Assembly (NCBI GenBank): GCA_038320645.1
Contig: JBBQEL010000008.1
Coordinates: 14,437-78,436, forward strand
Source of the DNA: Holophagales bacterium
GTDB lineage: Bacteria > Acidobacteriota > Holophagae > Holophagales > Holophagaceae
Length of the DNA: 64,000 bases
Direction: 5' to 3'
The notes under the pieces were generated by a model that was not told the origin of the DNA, searched no databases, and worked only from the letters and a program-made list of their open reading frames with translations. The translations under genes were made by a program, and so were the position numbers. Below, piece by piece: positions 46,637 to 56,671 of the stretch (positions within the stretch are counted from its first letter, which is position 1; each line of letters starts with the position of its first letter).

Positions 46637-48738
46637 AGCCGCTCCTTGTCCCCGCCCTGATCCTGTCACTCGCCCCCGCTCAGGCTGCCCAGCCGCCCCT
46701 GAAGATCGGCCTCGACACCCAGGCGACAGAATGGGTCGTGGCGCTGGAAGCGGGTGGCCAGATCTGCGATCGCAGCGGAAGGCCGCTCATGAAGCTGGCA
46801 CCCGATGAGAAGGTGCGCATCTGGTGGGACAGCCGGGGCGTGACAGACCCCACCACCGAGTACCGCATCCAGGTCGGCAGGCCCCATACTTCGACCGAGG
46901 CGGCCGCCCTGATTAAACGGCTGAAGGAACTGGGCGAGGCCCCGGAGCGGATCAAGGTGCCCGATGCCGACACCTGGCGCGTACTAACCGGCCACTTCCG
47001 CGGAGCTGGCGAGGCCGAGCCCGTGCTGCAGAAACTCCAGGATCTGGGCTACGAGGAACTCTGGGTGGCCTCCGAGACCCGTCCCAGCCAGCCCCGGAAG
47101 GGCCGTGCGCTCTACGCCGTCACGGACCGCTACGAGCGCCTGGCCCTGCCCCTCGCCGGCGTCTGGCTCAAGCCCTCGGGGGAGCTGACCTCGCTGCAGG
47201 GCAAGGGCCGCTATCGCGGCAAAGTCGAGATCTTCCCCAATGCCCAGGGCCGCCTCACGGTGATGAACACCCTGGACCTGGAGACCTACCTGCGGGGCGT
47301 GGTGCCCAAGGAAATGGGCGCCTGGGAGTTCCCTTCCCTGGAGGCCCTCAAGGCCCAGGCCGTGGCGGCCCGCACCTATGCCGTGGCCAACCGGGGCAAG
47401 CGTGCGGCGGATGGCTTCGACATGGGCGATACCGTTGCAGACCAGGTCTACGGCGGCCGCGATGGCGAACAGCTGCTCACGGATCGCGCCATCCAGGAGA
47501 CCGAGGGCCTGTTTGCCACCTACGGCGGCAAACCCATCCTGGCCCTGTTCATGGCCAACTGCGGTGGGCACACCACCGATGTGGCCAATGTCTTCGGGGG
47601 CGAGGCACCCTATCTCCGGGCCGTCACCTGCTACCCCGAAAAACCGCTGGCCCTGCCCTTCACCTCCGGCGTGGCGGTCACGGCCGAGACCCACCAGCCC
47701 TGGCTCAGCTGGGAACTGCTCCGGCTCGCGGCCATCGTCATCCCGCCAGAGTGGCTCGCGGGCGAACGGCTGGCCAAACCCGCGACCCGGGACGACCTGG
47801 CCCAACCCGTGCGGATCCTCCAGCAGCGGCTGGCCATGGAGGTCCGCCCACTGGGACGGGACCGCCATCTCTACCTGTCGCTGGCCCGGGCCTTCGGCTT
47901 CCACCGGCTCGTGGAAGGCCAGGAACGGCCCCAGGATGCAGCCTACTTCCTACCTGTCGCCCTGCTTGAAGACCGGCTGCTGGCGGCCTTCCTCACGCGA
48001 CGCGGCGTGGTTCCGGCCTCGGCCTGGGCCGCCTCCGAGCCCATCATTCTCCGCCAGGCCCTGCAGGTTCTGGGTCGGCTGTGGCAGGAACTCGAGCCAT
48101 TCGCGCCAGGCGAAGGCTCCCTGCTCCTGGATCGCCAGGTGCGCCGCAAGCGGGGTGGCCCCGAACCGCTGCCCCTGGCCCCCAGCCTGCTGCTGGCGGA
48201 AGAGGCTCCCGATTTCAGCCTGCGCCTGGTGACCAAGGCCGACATCCAGGTGGGCGACCGGCTGAAGTGGATCCCCGGCGAGGATGGCCCGGCCCAGGTG
48301 CTGGTACGCCGCCTGGATCCTGATGGTGCCGCCTGGGACCGCTACAATCCCACGGCCCACTGGCGCGCGGAATTCACCGAAGCCGAGTTGCTCGCCTCGG
48401 TCCGCAAACGGATCAAGGTAGCCGGCATCCGCGAGCTGAAGGCTGTGTACAACGAGCAGGGCCGCGTGCTCGACCTGACCCTGATGGACTCCGACGGCGC
48501 CTCACACCGGGTGCGCGGCATGCACATTCGCGGCCTCCTGGGCCTCAAAGACAATGTTTTCAGGTGGCTCACCGTGGGCCAGGGCGCCAAGCGCCGGTGG
48601 ATCTTCTACGGCCGCGGCTGGGGGCATGGCCTGGGCATGTGCCAGACCGGCGCCTATGGCATGGCTCTGGAAGGCGCCACTTTCCAACAGGTCCTTCAGC
48701 ACTACTACCCAGGGACGAGCCTCCAGAGGGTAGATTGA
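46633..48738 (+). CDS. SpoIID/LytB-family peptidoglycan hydrolase with SPOR-like domain
   Basis: LETYLRGVVPKEM, EALKAQAVAARTYA, DQVYGG, GWGHGLGMCQTGA, LQHYYPG. ATG at 46633. Confidence 0.9.
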   Translation: MKPLLVPALILSLAPAQAAQPPLKIGLDTQATEWVVALEAGGQICDRSGRPLMKLAPDEKVRIWWDSRGVTDPTTEYRIQVGRPHTSTEAAALIKRLKELGEAPERIKVPDADTWRVLTGHFRGAGEAEPVLQKLQDLGYEELWVASETRPSQPRKGRALYAVTDRYERLALPLAGVWLKPSGELTSLQGKGRYRGKVEIFPNAQGRLTVMNTLDLETYLRGVVPKEMGAWEFPSLEALKAQAVAARTYAVANRGKRAADGFDMGDTVADQVYGGRDGEQLLTDRAIQETEGLFATYGGKPILALFMANCGGHTTDVANVFGGEAPYLRAVTCYPEKPLALPFTSGVAVTAETHQPWLSWELLRLAAIVIPPEWLAGERLAKPATRDDLAQPVRILQQRLAMEVRPLGRDRHLYLSLARAFGFHRLVEGQERPQDAAYFLPVALLEDRLLAAFLTRRGVVPASAWAASEPIILRQALQVLGRLWQELEPFAPGEGSLLLDRQVRRKRGGPEPLPLAPSLLLAEEAPDFSLRLVTKADIQVGDRLKWIPGEDGPAQVLVRRLDPDGAAWDRYNPTAHWRAEFTEAELLASVRKRIKVAGIRELKAVYNEQGRVLDLTLMDSDGASHRVRGMHIRGLLGLKDNVFRWLTVGQGAKRRWIFYGRGWGHGLGMCQTGAYGMALEGATFQQVLQHYYPGTSLQRVD

Positions 48739-48818
48739 TTTTTTATCGAATTTTTCCAGCCAGGCATTGACGGCCGGCCGGATGCGACCCAGGTTTCCCT
48801 TCCACAGGGAGACCGGGT

Positions 48819-49769
48819 ATGGCTTTGGATGCGTGGATCCTCGGCGCGCCGCTGAAAGTGCTGCGGCAGGAGGACCATCCGTACCATGAGACCACCCTGG
48901 CCACCCTCGGCCGCCACGAGCTTGGTCTCAGCCGCCGGGAGACCTGTCAGGGACCGAGTTGCGAAATCTTCCTCGACGGCCGGTCCGTCTTCCTGCCGGG
49001 TTCGGCGGCACCAGAGCGGGCCTGGTTCGACCTGTGCCGCGAACTCGGCTACGAGCCCGCCCGGCACTGGGACTGGGACCCGGCCCTCATCCTCTTCCAG
49101 CAGGTGCTCCCGGCACTCGCTGCGGATTGGCATGAGCCGCCTCTGATCCTGACTGCCCTGGGCGTGCCCGAGGGTGTGCTCAGCCTCGCGGACCTTCGGC
49201 AGACCTTCGCCGAGGCGGTTTCCGGCCTCCGCCGGGAGCATCTGGGCCCGGTGGACGCCAAAGTGGCCGAGACCTTCGAGTGGCTGCCCCTCCGCGCCGT
49301 GGTCTTCCACGATGATGCCCAGTTGCCCCTCGACTTCGAAGGTACCGGCCCCTGCGGCCGGGTTTCGCTCTGGCTGGGCATCCACCGGGATCGTCCCGTG
49401 GTGCTTCAGGGCCAGTCGCCCACCGGCTCAGGGTCCCGCCGCTGGGTCATCGAGGATCTCGGGGATCAGCCTCCTTCCGAAGCCCTGCTCCTGGCCGCGG
49501 GGCTGGATCCCGAGCCCCCGAAAGGCTTCGACGCCGCGCTCCAGTCGGCGCTTGGCTGGCTCTGCCACTGGCTGGAGGACCCGCTGGACGCCTACCGCCG
49601 AACCTATCCCGTGGGCATCCCATGGCATCACGGCCATCGCGAGCGCCTGGTGGGCCGGACCATCGTCGATGTGCGTGCCGGCGATCCCGGCAGGTTGATC
49701 CTGGACGATGGCACCGAGGTGGCCGTCGAACTGGATCCCATTCCCTTCTGGGAACGGGGCGGAATCTGA
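48819..49769 (+). CDS. Hypothetical cytoplasmic protein
   Basis: 316-aa ORF with GGGAG RBS and coding-like codon bias; no family recognised. Confidence 0.7.
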   Translation: MALDAWILGAPLKVLRQEDHPYHETTLATLGRHELGLSRRETCQGPSCEIFLDGRSVFLPGSAAPERAWFDLCRELGYEPARHWDWDPALILFQQVLPALAADWHEPPLILTALGVPEGVLSLADLRQTFAEAVSGLRREHLGPVDAKVAETFEWLPLRAVVFHDDAQLPLDFEGTGPCGRVSLWLGIHRDRPVVLQGQSPTGSGSRRWVIEDLGDQPPSEALLLAAGLDPEPPKGFDAALQSALGWLCHWLEDPLDAYRRTYPVGIPWHHGHRERLVGRTIVDVRAGDPGRLILDDGTEVAVELDPIPFWERGGI

Positions 49770-49801
49770 CCACACGGCCCGTCACCGGTAGGTGTAACGG
49801 C

Positions 49802-50233
49802 CTAGGAACCGCTGAGCTGTTCCCATCGCACGTTGAAGTGATCGAGGATGGCCTGCCGCTCGGCGCGCTCCTGCTCGGCGATGCTGGTGTAGGGATGGCG
49901 GAACACCACCCGCCGCACCCCACGCCTGACCAAGGCACGGCAGCATGTGAGGCAGGGTTCGTGAGTCACATAGGCCGTGGCCACGGAGCCATCACAGAAG
50001 CCCAGGGCGTTCTCCTCGGCATGGCTGGTGTGCAGGCAGCGCTGACCCGGCTGACAGGTCGCGGGCGTGCAGTGCGCCATGCCCGGCAGCGCGCCGTTGA
50101 AGCCGGCCGCCGCGATGCCACCGTCTGCGCGCAGCAGCACGGCGCCCACCTTGAGCCGGCAGCAGGTGCCAAGCCGGCTCAGTTCCAGCGCCATGTTCAT
50201 GAAGACTTCATCTTTGAGTTGCGATCGGGACAT
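49802..50233 (-). CDS. Deoxycytidylate deaminase (ComEB-like)
   Basis: TCCRLKVGAVL, GFNGALPG, HAEENA, PCLTC. Probable start MSRSQLKDEVFM. Confidence 0.88.
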   Translation of the reverse strand: MSRSQLKDEVFMNMALELSRLGTCCRLKVGAVLLRADGGIAAAGFNGALPGMAHCTPATCQPGQRCLHTSHAEENALGFCDGSVATAYVTHEPCLTCCRALVRRGVRRVVFRHPYTSIAEQERAERQAILDHFNVRWEQLSGS

Positions 50234-50390
50234 GGGCGCCTCGTGGTGGATCTCCATCATCGCAAGAACCCACGCCACCGGGAAACTCAATGGATGCGAG
50301 GGTCCGTGGTCCAGGTCGTGCTTTCGATCACAGGCCAAGGGATTCAACCAAAGTCTCCGATGCGCATAATAAAATATAGGCAGGTGATAA

Positions 50391-51464
50391 ATGAATCCTC
50401 GATTCCTGATCCCCCTCGTGATACTTGGCCTGACCCTCGCCACGCCACTTCGCGCCCAGGGCTGGGACGCCGGCCGGCTGGCATCCGGTTGGGCCTTTCA
50501 GGAGGTGGATGGCTCCCTCGTGTTCTTCGATCCCTCGGCGCAATCCCTGCGCACCTGGATGAAGGAGGGCGGGCTGGTATCCACACTGCCGCTGGCGCTT
50601 CCCGAGACGCGGAAACAGGTTGGCGAAGCGAAACCTGCCGCCACCCCGCCCCGAATCACCTCCGACTATGACGCCGCCGGCGCCCTGCTCTACGGCATCC
50701 CCCAGCGCCAGCGCAGCCAGTCCGCGCCCGTGAAACCAACGGCCCCCGCCGCAGCACAGGCTCCGGCTGCCCGCGCCGTGCCCGAGCGTTGGGTGATCGA
50801 TTCGTACAGCCGGACCTGGATGGTCTGCGACGGACGCCTGGTCGTCCTCGGCAAGGAGGGGCTGGTCGAAACGGCACTGGCCCTGCCGGCGCCGGTGGAG
50901 GATATGGCCGTGGCTCGGGAAGGCGTCCTCATCCTCTACCGGACCACCAAGCCCTTCCTTGAAAAGCGGGACATCAGGACCGGTCTGGTGCAGTGGACCT
51001 ACGGCGACCGCTCCCAGTTGAAGGAGGCCTCGGAACAGCCCCTGCTGGTCCCGCTGAACCGCATGGCTCTGGGTATGGATGGCACGGTGTACCTCGCCGA
51101 GGGCGCCAGCATGGCCTTCACGGTTCTGGATCCCATCCGGGGCCCGAAGGAACCTGGCCAGACCTTCTTCACCTGCCAGGATGCCATCCTCGCCCGAGCC
51201 ACGCTGGGACGCGTGGGGCGCGGCTCGATGCTGTCCTGGGCAGGCAAGGATGTGATCTTCGGCGTCTTCAGCCCAAGCCAGGTCAAGTCCTGCGGCGCGC
51301 CCGAATCCAAGGGCCTGCTGCTCGCCCGCTTCGACCTCGCCAAGGGTGTTCTGGACTGGCTGCCGACGCCCCTGGCCGAAGGCCACCGGTTGGTGGGCCT
51401 GCTCGATACCGAGGCCGTCTTCCTCGCCCCCGATGGCGGCCTGGCCTACACGCCGATCCGGTGA
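50391..51464 (+). CDS. Secreted beta-propeller-like hypothetical protein
   Basis: Signal peptide ending LRA-QG; repeated short beta strands (WVIDS, MAVAREG, MALGMDGTVYLA). Confidence 0.6.
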   Translation: MNPRFLIPLVILGLTLATPLRAQGWDAGRLASGWAFQEVDGSLVFFDPSAQSLRTWMKEGGLVSTLPLALPETRKQVGEAKPAATPPRITSDYDAAGALLYGIPQRQRSQSAPVKPTAPAAAQAPAARAVPERWVIDSYSRTWMVCDGRLVVLGKEGLVETALALPAPVEDMAVAREGVLILYRTTKPFLEKRDIRTGLVQWTYGDRSQLKEASEQPLLVPLNRMALGMDGTVYLAEGASMAFTVLDPIRGPKEPGQTFFTCQDAILARATLGRVGRGSMLSWAGKDVIFGVFSPSQVKSCGAPESKGLLLARFDLAKGVLDWLPTPLAEGHRLVGLLDTEAVFLAPDGGLAYTPIR

Positions 51465-51552
51465 GCCAGCGGAGGCGCGACTCCCGCTCTGAAACGGCGG
51501 AGTTGCTCCAGCCGGGCTGAAGACGGTCCTGGATTATGCGAACATGGAGTTG

Positions 51553-51629
51553 GGTCCCGTAGCTCAGCTGGATAGAGCAGCTCCCTCCTAAGGAGCAGGT
51601 CGGACGTTCGAATCGTCTCGGGGCCACCA
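51553..51629 (+). tRNA. tRNA-Arg (anticodon CCT)
   Basis: Acceptor GGTCCCG/CGGGGCC, D arm AGCTCAGCTGGATAGAGC, anticodon arm GCTCC-CTCCTAA-GGAGC, T loop TTCGAAT, encoded CCA. Confidence 0.97.
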
Positions 51630-51657
51630 CCCCTATCGCTCCGCTGGAGCCGCGAAA

Positions 51658-52353
51658 ATGCTCCTGTTCGATGCCCACAGTCATCTCCAAGGCACGATCA
51701 GCCCCCAGCCGAGAACCCATCAGGTCGTCTGCGGGACCTGCGAGTCGGACTGGGAAGCGGTGCTCGCCCATGTCTCGGGTGATGGCCGGATGACGCCCAT
51801 GCTGGGGTTGCACCCATGGTTTGTGGCGGAGGCCTCGCCGGAATGGCCAGTCCGTCTGGAGACGCTGCTGCGAGCACATCGCGCAGGCGTGGGGGAGTGT
51901 GGGCTGGACTTCAGCCGGAGCGAATCGGATCGGGTGCTCCAGGAGACGGCCTTTCGTACGCAGCTCCGCCTGGCCCATGCCCTGCGCCGCCCGGTGGCGA
52001 TGCACGCAGTGCGGAGCTGGGGTCGTCTGCTGGCGCTCCTGCACGAGGAGGGCATCCCCACGGCGGGGGCCATGATCCACGCCTACTCAGGCAGCCCCGA
52101 AGTGGCCTGGACCCTGCAATCCATGGGGGTCTTCCTGTCTTTCTCCAGCGATCTGCTGAAGCCCGCTCGGCCGAAGCTGCGGGAATCGCTGGTGGCCGTG
52201 GCGGCGAGCCATCTGCTGCTGGAAAGCGACGCCGCCGTGGACCTGCTCCGCGTCATCGAAGCGGCCGCCAGCCTTCGCGGTGTGGTTGCGGAAACCCTCG
52301 CCGCGCAGACCTGGGAGAATGGCCAGCGATGCTTCAAGGAGTTGCTGGCATGA
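51658..52353 (+). CDS. TatD-family hydrolase
   Basis: FDAHSHL, GLHPW, VGECGLD, MHAVRS, HAYSGS, LLESD. Confidence 0.88.
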   Translation: MLLFDAHSHLQGTISPQPRTHQVVCGTCESDWEAVLAHVSGDGRMTPMLGLHPWFVAEASPEWPVRLETLLRAHRAGVGECGLDFSRSESDRVLQETAFRTQLRLAHALRRPVAMHAVRSWGRLLALLHEEGIPTAGAMIHAYSGSPEVAWTLQSMGVFLSFSSDLLKPARPKLRESLVAVAASHLLLESDAAVDLLRVIEAAASLRGVVAETLAAQTWENGQRCFKELLA

Positions 52354-53087
52354 GGTGGTATTCCCGCAGTGAGCTGCTGCTCGGCGAGGCGGCGCTGGAG
52401 CGGCTGCGCGCCTCCCGCGTGACGGTCTTCGGCCTGGGCGGCGTCGGCTCCTTCGCGGTGGAGGCCTTGGCCCGCGCCGGCGTGGGTCATCTGCGCCTGG
52501 TGGATCACGACACCGTCGGCCCCAGCAACCTCAACCGCCAGCTCTTCGCTTTGCGCTCAACCCTCGGCCTGCCCAAGGCGGAAGTCGCTGCGGCGCGGGT
52601 CCGCGACATCAACCCGGATTGCGACGTGGATCCCCGCGTCACCTTCATCCATACCGACACCTTGCCGGATCTGCTGGAACCCCGGCCCGACGCCATGATC
52701 GACGCGATCGATTCCATGACCTGCAAGGTCGCCCTCATGCGCACCGCCCATGAGCAGGGCATTCCCATCCTCACGGCCATGGGCGCCGGAGGGCGCACCG
52801 ACAGCAGCCAGCTCTTCGTGGGCGACCTTAGTGAGACTCGCCTCTGCCCCCTGGCCGCGCGGGTCCGCAAGGAACTGCGCAAGGTGGGCATCACCCAGGG
52901 CATCCGCTGCGTCTACTCTCTTGAACCCGCCGACAACAAGCGGGCCGCGAACCCCCTGGACATCGAACCGCACCGCGGCCCTGGCCGCCAGCGGCGGCCG
53001 GTGGGGACAATCTCCTACATGCCTGGCATCGTGGGGCTGAAGGTGGCTGAGGAAGTGCTGCGGATGCTCCTGGAGCCTGCCCCCTAG
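52350..53087 (+). CDS. tcdA: tRNA threonylcarbamoyladenosine dehydratase (ThiF family)
   Basis: VFGLGGVGSFAVEALARAG, SNLNRQ, DAIDSMTCK, CPLAARVRKELRK. ATG overlaps the TatD stop. Confidence 0.9.
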   Translation: MRWYSRSELLLGEAALERLRASRVTVFGLGGVGSFAVEALARAGVGHLRLVDHDTVGPSNLNRQLFALRSTLGLPKAEVAAARVRDINPDCDVDPRVTFIHTDTLPDLLEPRPDAMIDAIDSMTCKVALMRTAHEQGIPILTAMGAGGRTDSSQLFVGDLSETRLCPLAARVRKELRKVGITQGIRCVYSLEPADNKRAANPLDIEPHRGPGRQRRPVGTISYMPGIVGLKVAEEVLRMLLEPAP

Positions 53088-54730
53088 CGCCCTTCCATCG
53101 CCTGCTTCAGCACCGCCATGAACTGGGAGCCTAGGTACGGCTTCGGCAGGAAGCCCGCCAGGCCACTGCCCAGGAATTTCGCGAGCACATCCTGCTCGCT
53201 GTAACCGCTGGTCAGCACCACCGGCACCTTGGGATTGACGCGGTGCATGCGGAGGAAGGCCTGCCCTCCATCCAGATGCGGCATGGTCAGGTCCATGAGA
53301 ACCATGGCGATCTCCGCATGGCGCAATTCAAACAGCGAGACGGCCTCCTGGCCGTCCGCAGCCTCGAGCACGTGGAAGCCCAGATCCTCGGCCATCTTCC
53401 GGGCCACAGCTCGGGCGCTGGGTTCGTCATCGACCAGCAGGAGCAGACCGTGGCCCTGCCACTCCGGAACCTTGACGGAAGCGACGGGCTCAGCCTGGTC
53501 CCGGACAAGGGCGGGAAGGAACAGCCTGAACACGGAACCACGTCCCTGTTCGCTGTAGACCTTGAGGCTGCCCTGGTGACTCCGGAGGATGCCCAGCATG
53601 GCGGACAGCCCCAACCCACGCCCCGTGAACTTGGTGGTGTAGAACGGATCGAAGATCCGTTCCAGCACCTCGGGTGGCATGCCGCAGCCGGTGTCGCTCA
53701 CTTCCAGCGTCACGAAGGTGCCCGCCGCAAGGGGCAGCGCAGGGAGCAGACCATTGGTGTAGGTCGCGTCGATCTTCTGGACCCCGGTCCGGATCGTGAT
53801 GAGGCCGCTGGTCTCGTTCCCAATGGCTTCGGAGGCATTGGTGACCAGGTTCATGACCAGCTGCTGCATCTGAGAGGGGTCCGCCGAGATGGAAGGCAGG
53901 TCCGGAGCGAGGTCATAGCGCACCACGGCGTTCTTCGAAATGGACACCGTGAGCAGCTGGGTCATCTCCGTCACCAGGCGGTTCAGATTCACCTCGATCA
54001 CCTGCAGGTGGCCCTTGCCCGCGTAGGCCAGCAGCTGGCGCGTCAGGTCCGAAGCCCTGAGCGTGGCGTTCTCGATCTGCTTCAGGTAGGGCTGGGCGGG
54101 ACTTTCCGGCGACAGCTGCGAGGCGCCCAGGTTCGCGTTGCCGAGGATGATGGTGAGCAGGTTGTTGAAATCGTGGGCGATGCCGCTGGACAGGATCCCC
54201 AGGCTCTCCAGCTTCTGGGACTGGCGCAGGACCTCTTCCGCCTCCTTCCGCTGGGTGATGTCCGCCCGGATGGCCACGAACTGGGAGGGCGACCCGTCTT
54301 CTCCGGCGAAGGGGACGATGGTGGTGTCCACCCAGTAGAAGGTGCCATCCTTCGCACGGTTCTGGATCTCGCCCTTCCAGACTTGCCCGGCCAGGATCGT
54401 CGTCCAGAGCTGGCTCATGAACGACTTGGGGTGGTGGCCCGAGTTGATGAGCCGGTGGTCCTGGCCCAGCAGTTCCTCTTTGGAATACTTCGAAATGGCG
54501 CAGAACTTCTCGTTCACGTAGGTGATCCGGCCCAGGGCGTCTGTGACGGCCACGATGGCGTGCTCGTCCAGAGCGCGCTTGAAATCTTCCAACTCCCGCA
54601 GGACCTTGCCGATCCTCGAGGTCTTCCGGGCGCTGTTGCCTCCTGCACCGGTATTGTCCCCGCATCCCAACGAATGATAAGTCCATCTACCAGAGCGAAA
54701 TACCACGGGAGGCTCCTTCGGACAGCACAA
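53084..54730 (-). CDS. PAS hybrid sensor histidine kinase/receiver (start uncertain, possibly near 54600)
   Basis: PAS (AIVAVTD...WKGEIQNRAKDG), H-box IAHDFNNLL, NLVTNA, DTGCGM, GRGLGL, receiver LVDDE/DLTMP/KP. Confidence 0.9.
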   Translation of the reverse strand: MCCPKEPPVVFRSGRWTYHSLGCGDNTGAGGNSARKTSRIGKVLRELEDFKRALDEHAIVAVTDALGRITYVNEKFCAISKYSKEELLGQDHRLINSGHHPKSFMSQLWTTILAGQVWKGEIQNRAKDGTFYWVDTTIVPFAGEDGSPSQFVAIRADITQRKEAEEVLRQSQKLESLGILSSGIAHDFNNLLTIILGNANLGASQLSPESPAQPYLKQIENATLRASDLTRQLLAYAGKGHLQVIEVNLNRLVTEMTQLLTVSISKNAVVRYDLAPDLPSISADPSQMQQLVMNLVTNASEAIGNETSGLITIRTGVQKIDATYTNGLLPALPLAAGTFVTLEVSDTGCGMPPEVLERIFDPFYTTKFTGRGLGLSAMLGILRSHQGSLKVYSEQGRGSVFRLFLPALVRDQAEPVASVKVPEWQGHGLLLLVDDEPSARAVARKMAEDLGFHVLEAADGQEAVSLFELRHAEIAMVLMDLTMPHLDGGQAFLRMHRVNPKVPVVLTSGYSEQDVLAKFLGSGLAGFLPKPYLGSQFMAVLKQAMEGR

Positions 54731-54865
54731 ATCGAGGATAAGACTCGATCTCGATATATACCCCTTTCGTGGGGAGGCTGCAAGGCCGGTTGCCGGTTTC
54801 TCAACCTGCGGCCAGACCCTGCATCTTCCTGCTCCCAGGTCACCTGCGCCCTCAGCGCAGTCGGA

Positions 54866-56479
54866 TTACCGTCCCGTCGGCGCGTTGTATTCCGCGTAGG
54901 TGCCCTGGAAATCCTCGATGCCGTGGTCGGTGAGGTGCCAGATGCGGGTGGCCACTTCGTCGACGATGTCCTCGTCATGGGTCACGAAGAGAATGGTGCC
55001 CTCGTAACGCTGCAGGGCATCGTTGAGGGCGATGACGGCTTCCAGGTCCAGGTGGTTGGTGGGTTCGTCGAGCACCAGGATGTTGGGCTTCTGCAACATG
55101 AGCTTGCAGAAGAGCAGGCGGCAGGACTCGCCGCCGCTCAGCACGTCGGTCATCTTGTTGCCCTCCTCGCCGCGGAAGAGCATCTGCCCCATGACGCCGC
55201 GGATCTGCTCCTTGGTGGCCTCGGGATCGAACTGATGCAGCCAGGTCACCAGCTCGTAGCCCTTGGGAATGCTTTCCGCGAAATCCTGGGAGAAGTAGCC
55301 CACGCTGGCGTCGTGGCCCCACTTGACCTCGCCGCCATCCAGCTTCAGCCCAAGCTCAGTCACCTGCGGCGCGTTGGCCAGCAGCGCGTTCAACAGCGTG
55401 GTCTTGCCGATGCCGTTGCGGCCCATGAGGGCCACCTTCTCGCCGCGTTGCAGCATGGCTGAGAAGCCCTTGATGATCTCAAGGCGGCCCTTGTCCGTGT
55501 CGTAGCCCTTCTTCAGGCCCTCGAATTCCAGGGCATAGCGGCCACCGGGTTTGCTCTGATTGAATTTGATGAAGGGGCGCTGGATGTTGCTGCGGGCCAG
55601 ATCGCTGGGCTGGAGCCGTTCCACTTCCTTGCGGCGGCTGTTCACCTGGCTGCTGCGGGTGCCCGCGGCGAAACGCTGGATGAACTCGTTCAGCTGGTCG
55701 ATCTTCTTCTCGCGCTGGGCGTTGTCCGACTCGATGCGCGACCGCACAGCGATCTTGGCCATCACCATGTCGTCGTAGCCACCGGTGTACTGGATGATCG
55801 TCTGGTAGTCGATGTCGGCGATGTGCGTGCAGACATTGTTGAGGAAGTGGCGATCGTGGGAGATCACGATCACGGTGCCCTTGTAGCGGTTGAGGAACTC
55901 CTCCAGCCAGTGGATGGAATCCAGATCCAGGTGGTTGGTGGGTTCGTCCAGCAGCAGCGCCTGGGGGTCGCCAAACAGGGCCTGGGACAGCAGCACGCGC
56001 ACCTTCTGGCCGCCCTGCAACTCACCCATCTTGCGGCCATGGAGGTGTTCCGGAATGCCCAGGCCATCCAGCAGCACAGCCGCATCGCTCTCCGCGGTGT
56101 AGCCATCCTCATCGGCCACCACCCCTTCGAGTTCCGCCACGCGCATGCCGTCTTCGTCCGTCATTTCGGCCTTCTCGTAGATGGCGTCGCGCTCCTGCAG
56201 CGCCTTCCAGAGGCCCGTGTTGCCCATGATCACCGTGTCGATGACGCGGAATTCGTCAAAGGCGAACTGGTCCTGGCGGAGGATGCCCATCTTGCGGGGC
56301 CGGATCACGTTCCCCATCTGCTGTTCGAGTTCCCCCGCCATGACCTTCATGAACGTGGACTTCCCCGACCCGTTCGGCCCCGTCAAGCCATAGCGGCGAC
56401 CCGGGTTGAAGGTCGTGGTGACGTCCTCGAAGAGGATCTTCGCGCCGTAGCGCATGGTGACGTTTTGCACTGCAAGCAT
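54866..56479 (-). CDS. ABC-F family ATPase (YbiT-like)
   Basis: GPNGSGKST, DEPTNHLD twice, GRNGIGKT, LSGGE; no TMs. Confidence 0.9.
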   Translation of the reverse strand: MLAVQNVTMRYGAKILFEDVTTTFNPGRRYGLTGPNGSGKSTFMKVMAGELEQQMGNVIRPRKMGILRQDQFAFDEFRVIDTVIMGNTGLWKALQERDAIYEKAEMTDEDGMRVAELEGVVADEDGYTAESDAAVLLDGLGIPEHLHGRKMGELQGGQKVRVLLSQALFGDPQALLLDEPTNHLDLDSIHWLEEFLNRYKGTVIVISHDRHFLNNVCTHIADIDYQTIIQYTGGYDDMVMAKIAVRSRIESDNAQREKKIDQLNEFIQRFAAGTRSSQVNSRRKEVERLQPSDLARSNIQRPFIKFNQSKPGGRYALEFEGLKKGYDTDKGRLEIIKGFSAMLQRGEKVALMGRNGIGKTTLLNALLANAPQVTELGLKLDGGEVKWGHDASVGYFSQDFAESIPKGYELVTWLHQFDPEATKEQIRGVMGQMLFRGEEGNKMTDVLSGGESCRLLFCKLMLQKPNILVLDEPTNHLDLEAVIALNDALQRYEGTILFVTHDEDIVDEVATRIWHLTDHGIEDFQGTYAEYNAPTGR

Positions 56480-56607
56480 GGAGACTCCCGAACCGGTCAT
56501 TGTACCGCACAGGCGTGAATTCTCAGAGGGGTGATCTCGGCTGGTCAGGGCTCCAAACGTTCCGTTTGGAGTCAGGCGGCTGCGCCGCCTGAAAAATCAG
56601 TCCCTAT

Positions 56608-56644
56608 CTGCAAAACGGCGCCCTCTTCGGGCGCCGTTTTGCAG
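56608..56644 (-). terminator. Terminator hairpin downstream of ssb
   Basis: ctgcaaaacggcgccc-tcttc-gggcgccgttttgcag. Confidence 0.8.
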
Positions 56645-56671
56645 TGGTGCCGGACCCTCCGGCGGAACCGA

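Noticed and set aside
49802-50233. Anti-phage dCTP deaminase (AvcD/Dcd-type)
   Set aside because: Only 143 aa, no P-loop kinase domain, no defence neighbours; fits an ordinary ComEB-like deaminase.
50359-50386. dif-like site: GATGCGCATAA matches the E. coli XerC arm at 10/11
   Set aside because: The XerD arm position reads ATAGGCAGGTG, not TTATGTTAAAT. More likely part of an AT-rich divergent promoter.
51553-51700. tRNA-Arg as an integration site for an island or prophage
   Set aside because: No integrase and no duplicated tRNA 3' end seen; flanks are housekeeping-type genes.
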